Notes: generated by a model from the letters alone, not told the origin. A DNA stretch of 21,989 nt from Calditrichia bacterium (GCA_037381445.1 JARRQT010000041.1:16568-38556); one strand, 5' to 3'. Shown: positions 9,205-17,552, numbered from the stretch's first letter. A program made the numbers and translations.

Positions 9205-11382
9205 ATGACAAAAATCAGCACATTTTTCATTTTTTTATTATTTCTTCTCGGCTCTGTTTATTCCCAGGACTTGCGCATTCACGGTAAAGTAATTGATTTC
9301 TACACCAGGGAGCCGCTTCAGGGAACCGATGTTTATCTTTCTGAGAGCCGCTGCGGTACTGTTACGGAAAAAAACGGAAATTTTTTGTTTCGTTGCAAGG
9401 AAGTCCCGCCGGAAGATACCCTGACCGTAAGCTATTTGGGATACCAGACCTACCGTACCTTATTGAAGGATTTCAGGAATGGGTCAATCATTTTTCTCAA
9501 GTCCAAAAGTCTGGATTTAGGTGATGAAATAGTGGTTAGTGCTGACAAGATTGATATCAGCAAGCAAGATATCCCTATGGCAAAAAGTACTGTTGAGCTG
9601 AAGGAAATCGAAGATTATGGTAGCAGTGAAATTAGTGATATTCTGAAGCCCTTGCCCGCAATACGGATAGAAGGAAACGATCTTGATGGCAGACAAATTC
9701 AAATACGAGGCAGTGACGCAAATGAAGTCAATGTTTATCTGGATGGGATTCTGATCAATAACGTAAGATCGGATAATGCAGCTGATCTCTCCATTATTCC
9801 CGTTGAGAGTATTGAAACCCTGGAAGTATTAAAAGGAGGAAATTCGGCGCTTCTGGGTCAGGGAGCTTTTGGTGGGGTTGTGAATATTACAACCCGGCAG
9901 GAAACCGAACCCAGTATTTATATCAAGGGGAAGATGGGGAGTTTTGACAGCCAGTATCTCATTGGCAATATTACTTTGCCCCTCAGGAAACGTCTGATTC
10001 TCAGCTATTTCGGTCAGGCGAACTCCCTGGCACCTCAAATTGAATATTTCCCCAACGAGCGCTTTTCGGAAAAAACAACAAATAACGCCATTACCAGTTC
10101 CAAGCAGAATCATATGGTTAATCTTTCTTATTTCAACCGGAGTGGGCAGTTCAGCGGGCATTTTATTGAATACCTGCTTGATTACGAAAAGCCGCTATGG
10201 CAAAGCAATTATAAAAACTACTTGATATCAACTTCCTATAAAGGAGAAATCCTGGGACTAAAAGATTTTGATATCAGTGTTGATTATCTCTATGGGAAAG
10301 ACAATATTTTACGGCGTCCGCAGGGGAGTTCCGAATATAACAGTTCCTATTCCACTAATCAGACCAATTTCAAGTTTGCCAAAAAAATATCATTTAAAAC
10401 CGTCGATATCCAGCTTCTTTCCGAATACTTCCACGATGAATTGTTAAATAAATCAAATGTCAAAGACCTTAATTGGCAAAGCGAACTGTATCATGGTTTT
10501 ATATATGATAACAGGGCCAGTGTTGCCGGGGTCATATCATTCCAGGATGAGTTGAAGAACCTGCCCATATTATCGTGGAAAACATATTTGGGTTTAAGAA
10601 CTGATTTTGTCGCTTCAGGGCACAGGGATGTTTCTCCGATGTTGGGGGCTCAGCTGAATTACACCATGGAACAATGGACTTTGTCTCCGTATTTTAATTA
10701 TGGAAAAAATGTAAAATATCCTTCACTCCGGGAAAATGCCTATGTTCGCGATCTTGTCGATTTCTCCGGCGACGAAGTCAGTACAGATAAATTAAAACCG
10801 GAATATAATAACGCGGCAGAGTTGGGGATTTCTTTGAAATATTTCCCGAAGACGATGTATTATCGTAACCTTGATTTTTCATGCGCTTTATTTACCAGAA
10901 CCGTTTACAACAAATTACTTTCCAGGCCTTACGATGATATGATATCTACAACGCAAATTGGAAGCAACGTGACGAGAGGTATTGAGACTTCTCTGAAATT
11001 TAATGAACTTTTTAAATGGTTCACCATGACAGCTGCCTTTATCCAGTTGGATCTGACCAATCCGTTGCTCTATTCCTACAAGCCGAAGAAAAATTTAAGT
11101 CTCCATCTGGGTTATTACGCTCCTTTCGGATTCTATTTTACCTCCACATTCTTTTATGAGGGAACCAGTATTGCCTGGTACTATGACTCAGATAATGTTC
11201 TTCAGACTGAAAACATTACTCCTTTTTCCGATATGGATTTTTCTACCGGCTTTAAGGTTCCCTTTAAGGATGCCGAGCTTGATTTCCAGGTCTCCGGCTA
11301 TAATATTTTTGATACCAGCGGCTTTAAATACTATTATCTTAAAAAACGGTATGTACAAATTTCTCTGGCCCTGAGATATTGA
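9205..11382 (+). CDS. TonB-dependent outer-membrane receptor (N-terminal CarboxypepD_reg-like domain, plug and barrel)
   Basis: Signal peptide. N-domain GKVIDFYTREPLQG..GTVTEKNGNF..VSYLGY. Plug motifs IQIRG, VNVYLDGI, SIETLEVLKGGNSALLGQGAFGGVVNITTR. Barrel features LKPEY and YNIFD, with C-terminal YVQISLALRY. Confidence 0.93.
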   Translation: MTKISTFFIFLLFLLGSVYSQDLRIHGKVIDFYTREPLQGTDVYLSESRCGTVTEKNGNFLFRCKEVPPEDTLTVSYLGYQTYRTLLKDFRNGSIIFLKSKSLDLGDEIVVSADKIDISKQDIPMAKSTVELKEIEDYGSSEISDILKPLPAIRIEGNDLDGRQIQIRGSDANEVNVYLDGILINNVRSDNAADLSIIPVESIETLEVLKGGNSALLGQGAFGGVVNITTRQETEPSIYIKGKMGSFDSQYLIGNITLPLRKRLILSYFGQANSLAPQIEYFPNERFSEKTTNNAITSSKQNHMVNLSYFNRSGQFSGHFIEYLLDYEKPLWQSNYKNYLISTSYKGEILGLKDFDISVDYLYGKDNILRRPQGSSEYNSSYSTNQTNFKFAKKISFKTVDIQLLSEYFHDELLNKSNVKDLNWQSELYHGFIYDNRASVAGVISFQDELKNLPILSWKTYLGLRTDFVASGHRDVSPMLGAQLNYTMEQWTLSPYFNYGKNVKYPSLRENAYVRDLVDFSGDEVSTDKLKPEYNNAAELGISLKYFPKTMYYRNLDFSCALFTRTVYNKLLSRPYDDMISTTQIGSNVTRGIETSLKFNELFKWFTMTAAFIQLDLTNPLLYSYKPKKNLSLHLGYYAPFGFYFTSTFFYEGTSIAWYYDSDNVLQTENITPFSDMDFSTGFKVPFKDAELDFQVSGYNIFDTSGFKYYYLKKRYVQISLALRY

Positions 11383-11513
11383 CGACCAGAGAAAATAAAA
11401 ATCGTTTTGCCAGATTTTTCAGCTTTGGATCAGGCCGCTTATCTTAATGTCATAACTTTTTCGATACCATTCGAAGCAGAATACCTTATCCCGTCAATAT
11501 TTAATTTGGCTGT

Positions 11514-12437
11514 TTAACCCTTCAGGATTTGTTCGAGCGCCTTATTTGCGCCCGAATATATAAACTGATAGCCCGCCTGGGTTAAATTTCTGGGCAGCAC
11601 CCGCTGACTGGGTAACAGCATCTCTTTCGCCATATCTCCCAGTGCCAGCCTCAATAGCGAGGCCGGAAGATGAAACCAGCTCGGACGGTTCAGCTGCTTT
11701 CCGACCAATTGATAGAATTCATTCGATTTAATGGGTTCCGGGGCGGTTAGATTAAATGTTCCGCTTAATTCCTGTTGTTCGATGAGGAACAATATGGCAC
11801 GGGTTAAATCCTCCAGGTGAATCCAGGAAAACCATTGCCTGCCGCTGCCCATGTGTCCTCCGACAAAGAGTTTGAAAGGGACAACAACCCGGGAAAGCAG
11901 CCCGCCGTTTTTCCCCAACACAATTCCGATTCGAATAATGACTTTTCGGGTGGGACCATTCTTATCCAGACGCACGGATCGTTCCCAATTCTCTGTAACC
12001 TCCGCTAAAAAGCCGTTCCCGGCCGGCGAGGTTTCATCCAGTATCTCATCCCCTCTGGAACCATAAAAACCAATTGCCGACGCCTGGATCAGAACCTGCG
12101 GCTTCTGCCGTGCTTTATTGATTGCCTGACTGACAGCCTCGCCAACCTGAAGGCGGCTTTCCAGAATTCTTTTCTTTTTCTTATTGGTCCATATTCCCGA
12201 GGCAATATTGTCACCGGCCAGATTGATGATTGCCAGGGCACCATCTGCGTGTTCCCCCCAGCCCCTTGCGGACCGGCCGTCCCATCCTACTATTTTGATC
12301 TCATTCTTATTCAATCCCTCGGCGCTTCCCGGATGCCGGGATAGAGCATAGACATCGTAGCCTTTTTCGTGCAGTAATGATGAAAGTGCCGTTCCGATAA
12401 ATCCGGATGCACCTGTGATTATTATTTTGGGTGCCAT
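11514..12437 (-). CDS. TIGR01777-family NAD-dependent epimerase/oxidoreductase (YfcH-like)
   Basis: IIITGASGFIG Rossmann motif, IINLAG, WT..KK.ILESR, QASAIGFYG, GFLAEV..WE, RIGIVLG, GSGRQWFSWIHLED, FNLTAPEP and SQRVLP. SD GGAG upstream. Confidence 0.95.
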   Translation of the reverse strand: MAPKIIITGASGFIGTALSSLLHEKGYDVYALSRHPGSAEGLNKNEIKIVGWDGRSARGWGEHADGALAIINLAGDNIASGIWTNKKKKRILESRLQVGEAVSQAINKARQKPQVLIQASAIGFYGSRGDEILDETSPAGNGFLAEVTENWERSVRLDKNGPTRKVIIRIGIVLGKNGGLLSRVVVPFKLFVGGHMGSGRQWFSWIHLEDLTRAILFLIEQQELSGTFNLTAPEPIKSNEFYQLVGKQLNRPSWFHLPASLLRLALGDMAKEMLLPSQRVLPRNLTQAGYQFIYSGANKALEQILKG

Positions 12438-12681
12438 GCATCATCACTCCTATTTTGATGTTGCGAACATCTGTTTTAACAAAAATATAAACGGTGAGTT
12501 TCACAGAAAGCGCGTCGTAACAGCGCCTCATAAATTTTTAAAATTGCATAGATTGATGCCTATCAAATTGAAATACCTGTCGCCTTGTATACTTGCCATT
12601 ACATATTATTTTGCAGGAGGCGATTTGAATAGGGACAATGTATCAGAATATGGAAAGTTTTAATTTGGCACAGGATATAAA

Positions 12682-13377
12682 ATGATTTTACTCATCACAC
12701 AAAACGCGGATATTTCCGATTCTTTCATCCGGGACCTGAATCATGAAGGCTTTCAGGTTGATCTCCTCCAAAATTATGATCAGGCGGTTACCAGGCTTTA
12801 CCAAAATCCCAATTATAAAATGATCATTCTTGATCTGGATAGCGAAGAAAATAAGGCGACCGAGCTCTGCGAGATAATTAAAAAGGACTCCACGCTTCGC
12901 TACTTTCCGCTTATCTGCATTGTGAGGAAAGATCTGGTTGTTCAGCAGCTCATCGCTTTCGAATTGGGAGCTGACGAATTCATTTTTGTTCCTTACACTA
13001 CGCCGGAACTCCAATTGAAAATGCGTTCCATTCAAAGAATGCTGGATCTGCAAAATCAGCTGAAAGAAAAAGAAAACCAGCTGAAGGCCCTGAAACAGGT
13101 CCAGCAGATACTGGTAACCTTGAGCCATCATATCAATAATTCTCTGACCCCCCTGTATTCAATGGTGCAGGTGATGAATGTAAATAAGCCGCAGGATGCG
13201 GCAAGACTGAAGGATTTTTCCAGGCGGACAGTGGAGTTCATCAACAAGGTGCTGAAAGCTCTCAATAATCTGCTTCAGAGCGGTGAAATGAGAGTGATCC
13301 GCGAGGGTGTTTACAAAAACCTGATGCTCGATATTGAGAAAGAACTGAAGAAATTGCAGGAAGCCGGAAAAGAGTAA
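12682..13377 (+). CDS. Atypical response-regulator receiver fused by a coiled coil to a HisKA(DHp)-like helix pair; no ATPase or DNA-binding output domain
   Basis: Receiver pattern (MIILD, ELCEIIKKD, PLICI, AFELGADEFIFVPY) followed by a coiled coil and H-box-like TLSHHINNSLTPL. The protein ends at 231 aa with no N/G1/F/G2 boxes. Confidence 0.85.
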   Translation: MILLITQNADISDSFIRDLNHEGFQVDLLQNYDQAVTRLYQNPNYKMIILDLDSEENKATELCEIIKKDSTLRYFPLICIVRKDLVVQQLIAFELGADEFIFVPYTTPELQLKMRSIQRMLDLQNQLKEKENQLKALKQVQQILVTLSHHINNSLTPLYSMVQVMNVNKPQDAARLKDFSRRTVEFINKVLKALNNLLQSGEMRVIREGVYKNLMLDIEKELKKLQEAGKE

Positions 13378-13415
13378 TTCACTGGGGAAATAATTCTTTT
13401 CATCACTGAAACTGT

Positions 13416-14201
13416 TTATTCGCGCCAGCGGATTTTTTCTTTATTTAAAAAAGCCTTCAGTCCCCTTTGACAATCTTCGGTCTTGCGGCTCATTACATTC
13501 GCAGAAGCAGCTAGCTCCAGCCCTTCCTGTAAAGGCACATCCAGCAGATGTTGAAAGAGCTGTTTGGTTTGTATCATGGCCGAAATGCTGTTCTGATTCA
13601 GCAGGTCTTCCACATATTGAAGCGTCTTTCCATGCAATTCTTTTTCTTCGATAATTTCATTGACAATACCTGCCTTTAAGGCTTCCTCTGCGGAAAGGAT
13701 CTCGCCGCTCACAGCCAGGTGGAAGGCGGCATTCAGCGGAATTTTTCGAATAAGAAAGTTCATGACAATGGCAGGTATGAACCCGATCCGGACCTCGGTA
13801 AATCCGAACCGCGAATTATTCCGGTCCGCCATGATGTAGTCGCAGCACATGGCCAGCCCACACCCGCCGGCCAGTGCCGGACCATTTGCCATGGCGATGG
13901 TCAATTTGGGCAGTCTATACATTTTTTCGAATAATTCTGACAGACTGCGCGAATCCTCCAGATTTTGCTTTTCGCTGAACTGACTCAATTTCTGAAGGTA
14001 GGCGAGGTCCGCGCCGGCGCAAAAGGCCTTTCCCGCTCCGGTAAGTATGACGGCCCTCACTGATTCATCTTCTGCGATTACATCTACCGCTATCTTCAAT
14101 GCCTGCACAAGTTCGGGGCTGAGCGCATTCCTTTTATCGGGACGATTCAGTGTCAGTATCGCAATATCATGAATTCTCTCGGTGATAACCAAATCTGCCA
14201 T
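13416..14201 (-). CDS. Enoyl-CoA hydratase/isomerase (crotonase) family, methylglutaconyl-CoA hydratase-like
   Basis: LTLNRPDKRNALS, GKAFCAGADL, GPALAGGCGL, FGFTEVRIGFIPA and GLKAFLNK. The GGCGL motif (first catalytic Glu absent) with EVRIG..PA resembles bacterial methylglutaconyl-CoA hydratases. SD GGAG. Confidence 0.9.
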   Translation of the reverse strand: MADLVITERIHDIAILTLNRPDKRNALSPELVQALKIAVDVIAEDESVRAVILTGAGKAFCAGADLAYLQKLSQFSEKQNLEDSRSLSELFEKMYRLPKLTIAMANGPALAGGCGLAMCCDYIMADRNNSRFGFTEVRIGFIPAIVMNFLIRKIPLNAAFHLAVSGEILSAEEALKAGIVNEIIEEKELHGKTLQYVEDLLNQNSISAMIQTKQLFQHLLDVPLQEGLELAASANVMSRKTEDCQRGLKAFLNKEKIRWRE

Positions 14202-14303
14202 ATCTTTTTCTCCAAAAAATTAGAAGGTTGGATGATTCAATATTGTAATCCGCACCGCCGTATTCATCTGGCGGCACGCCTCGCCAGGAAGATTTATTTT
14301 TTA

Positions 14304-14333
14304 TTGCAACTTTCAATTTACTATTTATATTAT
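14304..14333 (+). promoter_or_regulatory. Putative sigma70 promoter for the purine-catabolic operon
   Basis: TTGCAA (14304-14309) followed by TATATT (16-nt spacer) or TATTAT (18-nt spacer, 14328-14333). The region is AT-rich, so a chance match is possible. Confidence 0.45.
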
Positions 14334-14371
14334 GGATGAAGCGTTTTTAATGCAATTAAATTTCAGAGGAA

Positions 14372-14556
14372 TTCAGGAATATTTTAAAAAACCGCCTTCA
14401 AAAGGACTGAAGTATATCATCCTTTTTTATCCAATCACACAAAATCATTCCTGAAATAATCAGCCCGGGCTATTTCCCGGTTATTCCTCGATACGTTGGA
14501 CAACTTATTAACTTTGGCAAATTCAATCAAAGATGAATTGGTCCGTAACCGGACAA
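14372..14556 (+). promoter_or_regulatory. Structured 5' leader (nested hairpins) upstream of the PLP-enzyme gene; candidate cis-regulatory RNA
   Basis: TTCAGGAATATTTT (14372-14385) pairs with AAAAT-C-ATTCCTGAA (14441-14455) and encloses AAAAGGA-C-TGA/TCA-TCCTTTT (14400-14426). Further hairpins are CCGGG/CCCGG (14465-14480) and GTCCG/CGGAC (14541-14554) next to the SD. Confidence 0.4.
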
Positions 14557-14567
14557 CAGGAGTCAAT

Positions 14568-16034
14568 ATGGAAAATTGGACGTGGAAAGTTGAAAATGAA
14601 GATTTCCTGCAGCGAACTCTGCAGCGCTGCCGCGAAAAGCAGATTATTTTACCAACCTTCGAGCAGATGAAGAAACCGGAAAGCATTCCGGATAGAATTC
14701 AGAAAAAACTGGAAGGCATCACTTTTCAGGATCTCCATCCCCTGAATCTGTTTCGTATCAACTGGCGGAATGATCCCGCTACCGGAAGAATCGGCGGCAT
14801 CAATTTCCTCGAGATCCCTTCGGAGATTACGGGGGTCAAGGCGCGAGTTGTGGGGCTGGTGGGCAAGCATTTCCCGACCGGCGCTCATAAAGTGGGGGCA
14901 ACCTATGGCTGCCTGGCTCCCTATATGGTGACCGGACGATTCAATCCTGATTATCATAAAGCGGTATGGCCCAGCACCGGAAACTACTGCCGCGGCGGTG
15001 TTTTTAATTCTGCGCTATTGGGAGTCCATGCCGTGGCCATTCTGCCGGAAGAAATGAGTCAGGAGCGCTTCGACTGGCTGCGCGAAAAAGGGGCGGAAGT
15101 CTATGCCACACCCGGCTGCGAAAGCAACGTGAAAGAGATTTATGACAAATGCCACGAGCTGGAGGCTGAAAGCGATGAATATCTCATCATGAACCAGTTC
15201 GATCAGTTTGGCAATGCTATCTGGCACTATGAAGTGACCGGTTATACCATCGAGCAGCTTTTCCATCAGATTGCCGGGGAAAACCAGCGGCTGAGCGGTT
15301 ATGTCAGTTCCACCGGCTCGGCCGGAACGATCGGCGCCGGAGACTACCTGCGGGAGAAATTCCCGCTGCTGAAGGTGCTAGGCGCCGAAGCCCTGCAATG
15401 TCCCACCCTGCTGATGAACGGTTTCGGCGGCCACCGGATTGAGGGAATCGGCGATAAACACGTCCCCTGGATTCATAATGTGAAAAACACCGACGCCGTA
15501 GCGGCAATTAATGATGAGGATCCGCTGCGCCTGTTGCGCCTGTTTAACGAGCCTGAAGGGCAGGAATGGCTTATCGCACAGGGTGTTCCGGAAGAGACCG
15601 TCAGCCAATTGCCGCTGCTGGGAATCTCCTCCTGTGCAAACCTGCTGGCCTCCGTCAAAATGGCCAAATATTTTGAGATGAACGAAAATGATATCATTTT
15701 CACCATTTTCACTGATTCCGTGGAAATGTATTATTCCCGTCTGGAGGAAATGAACCGGGATTGGGGCGCCTATTCAGCGCAGCAGGCTGCCCTGGACTGG
15801 AACAGCGTGGTGAAAAAGCAGGGCATCGATTATATGAAGGAATTGAGCTGGTACGACAAAAAAGCCGTTCACAATCTCAAGTACTTTACCTGGGTAGAGC
15901 AGCAGGGCAAAGATGTTGAGGATTTGAATGCCCAATGGTATCAGGAGGATTACTGGAAAGAGCGCTTCAGCATCGTGCCGCAATGGGACGAGATGATCAG
16001 GAAATTCAATCAGCAGCTAGGCATCGAAATTTGA
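14568..16034 (+). CDS. PLP-dependent enzyme, fold type II (cysteine synthase/CBS-like core) with N- and C-terminal extensions
   Basis: PLP lysine in FPTGAHKVG, substrate loop PSTGNY, NQF..GN, phosphate loop TGSAGT, GGHRIEGIG, GISS and IFTDSVEMYYS all align by eye with CysK motifs. The real start is ATG 14568 after SD CAGGAG (488 aa), not TTG 14496. Confidence 0.9.
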   Translation: MENWTWKVENEDFLQRTLQRCREKQIILPTFEQMKKPESIPDRIQKKLEGITFQDLHPLNLFRINWRNDPATGRIGGINFLEIPSEITGVKARVVGLVGKHFPTGAHKVGATYGCLAPYMVTGRFNPDYHKAVWPSTGNYCRGGVFNSALLGVHAVAILPEEMSQERFDWLREKGAEVYATPGCESNVKEIYDKCHELEAESDEYLIMNQFDQFGNAIWHYEVTGYTIEQLFHQIAGENQRLSGYVSSTGSAGTIGAGDYLREKFPLLKVLGAEALQCPTLLMNGFGGHRIEGIGDKHVPWIHNVKNTDAVAAINDEDPLRLLRLFNEPEGQEWLIAQGVPEETVSQLPLLGISSCANLLASVKMAKYFEMNENDIIFTIFTDSVEMYYSRLEEMNRDWGAYSAQQAALDWNSVVKKQGIDYMKELSWYDKKAVHNLKYFTWVEQQGKDVEDLNAQWYQEDYWKERFSIVPQWDEMIRKFNQQLGIEI

Positions 16035-16076
16035 TTCAGCGGGCTTGCCCCGGAAGCGGTTTTTGGAAATATTAAA

Positions 16077-17552
16077 ATGAATAACACGCCTATCAGAAAA
16101 TTATCGAATGCCCTGATTCCCGCGGGGGAGAACCGTGTGCGGCTCGTCGATATTCATTTCGATGACCGTATCCGGCAGATCGTAGAAAAGCTGAACGCCC
16201 CGATTGAATGGGGCGTCATCCGGGACAGGGAGAGCTGGATGGCATTCAAGCGGGAAAATAATGTGCCGGAACCGTCCGCCGGGCCGGGTGAAGACAGTGC
16301 CGGCGGCTGGCTGCTTATTCCGGGCGCCGTCGATTCCCATGTGCATTTCAATACACCGGGATTTGAAGATCGCGAGGATTTTGAACATGGGTCGCTGGCT
16401 GCTGTCCATGGCGGGGTCACGACCGTGATCGATATGCCCTGCACCTCTCTGCCGCCGGTAACAACCTCAGAAAATCTGCAGCGCAAGGCAGCCGCGCTGG
16501 AAAACCGGAGCTTTGCGGATTATGTATTCTGGGGCGGCGTGCGGGGAAATGACTTCAGAGAAGGCCGCGATATCGGGAATCAGATACGGGAACTGGCCGG
16601 CGCAGGGGTGGCCGGATTCAAGACTTACCTGATATCGGGAATGGAAACATTTGGCGATTTGACTCCAGAAGAGATGCGGCAGGCAGCGGGTTGGATACGC
16701 AAAACCGGTTTGCCCATGGCGGTGCATGCCGAGGACAGGAATCTGGTACTCAGCCGCCGTTCCCGGCTGCAGGCCGAAAACCGCCGGGACTGGCGTGCTT
16801 ACTGCCAGGCAAGGGACAATCTGGCGGAAAGCACTGCGGTGGAAACCGTGATCAGAATCGCCCGCGAAACCGGCGTCCGGCTGCATATCGTGCATTTGAG
16901 CAGCAAAGAAGGGCTTGAAAAGGTGCGTGCTGCGCAACAGGATGGACTTCCCGTGACAGCCGAAACCTGTCCCCACTATCTCCATTTTACACAGAAGGAT
17001 TTTGAGAATCCCCGAATATCCGCATTTCTCAAAACGGCTCCGCCGGTGAAGACGGAAGCTGACCGGGAAGCGCTGTGGGAAGGGCTGCGAAACGGCAGCC
17101 TGCTTTTTGTGACCACCGACCATGCCGGTTGCAATCCCGAACGTGAAAAATCATCTCCCGATTTCTGGCAAGTGTACGGCGGGATCCCGGGAGTCGAGCA
17201 CAGGGTTCCCTTTCTGTTTAGTGAGGGATTCCTGAAGAATCGCCTGAGCCTGCAGCAGAGCGTGGATTTGCTATCCGCCAACGCGGCCAGATATTTCGGG
17301 CTGTATCCGCAGAAAGGAAGCCTGCAGATAGGTTCGGATGCGGATTTTGCTTTGCTGAATCTGTGGGAATCCGTGACAGTGAAAGCCAGGGAAATGCACA
17401 GCAAGGGGAAATATACGCCTTTTGAAGGAATTACCTTTAACGCCAGGGTTGAACGAACCTGGCTCCGCGGAAAAGTGGTGGCGCAGGCTGCCGGAAAAGC
17501 GGAAGCTGTGTCCGGTTTCGGTCAGCGGATTCGGATAAGAATAAATCATTAA
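16077..17552 (+). CDS. Cyclic amidohydrolase of the allantoinase/dihydropyrimidinase/dihydroorotase family (AllB-like)
   Basis: DSHVHFNTPG, GGVTTVIDMP, GFKTYL (carboxylated Lys position), VHAED, HIVHLSS, ETCPHYL, KTAPPVK, TTDHAG, GGIPGVE, KGSLQIGSDADF and YTPFEG. Confidence 0.92.
   Translation: MNNTPIRKLSNALIPAGENRVRLVDIHFDDRIRQIVEKLNAPIEWGVIRDRESWMAFKRENNVPEPSAGPGEDSAGGWLLIPGAVDSHVHFNTPGFEDREDFEHGSLAAVHGGVTTVIDMPCTSLPPVTTSENLQRKAAALENRSFADYVFWGGVRGNDFREGRDIGNQIRELAGAGVAGFKTYLISGMETFGDLTPEEMRQAAGWIRKTGLPMAVHAEDRNLVLSRRSRLQAENRRDWRAYCQARDNLAESTAVETVIRIARETGVRLHIVHLSSKEGLEKVRAAQQDGLPVTAETCPHYLHFTQKDFENPRISAFLKTAPPVKTEADREALWEGLRNGSLLFVTTDHAGCNPEREKSSPDFWQVYGGIPGVEHRVPFLFSEGFLKNRLSLQQSVDLLSANAARYFGLYPQKGSLQIGSDADFALLNLWESVTVKAREMHSKGKYTPFEGITFNARVERTWLRGKVVAQAAGKAEAVSGFGQRIRIRINH

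Noticed and set aside
12666..12681. TGGCAC as a sigma54 -24 element
   Set aside because: There is no TTGC -12 element at the required spacing, and the sequence overlaps the ribosome-binding site.
14255..14430. Partial resemblance to fluoride or purine riboswitch motifs (GGCGAGG..CGCC; AACCGCC..GG.CTGA)
   Set aside because: The conserved GCUGAUGAC and pseudoknot elements of the fluoride aptamer and the purine-aptamer core are absent. Kept only as unclassified structure.
14496..14567. TTG-initiated 24-aa N-terminal extension of the PLP enzyme
   Set aside because: No SD at 14496, whereas ATG 14568 has a well-spaced CAGGAG.
16467..17123. 218-aa antisense ORF, and the other short overlapping ORFs in the track
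   Set aside because: They overlap confident genes on the opposite strand or in alternative frames and have no protein-like motifs.
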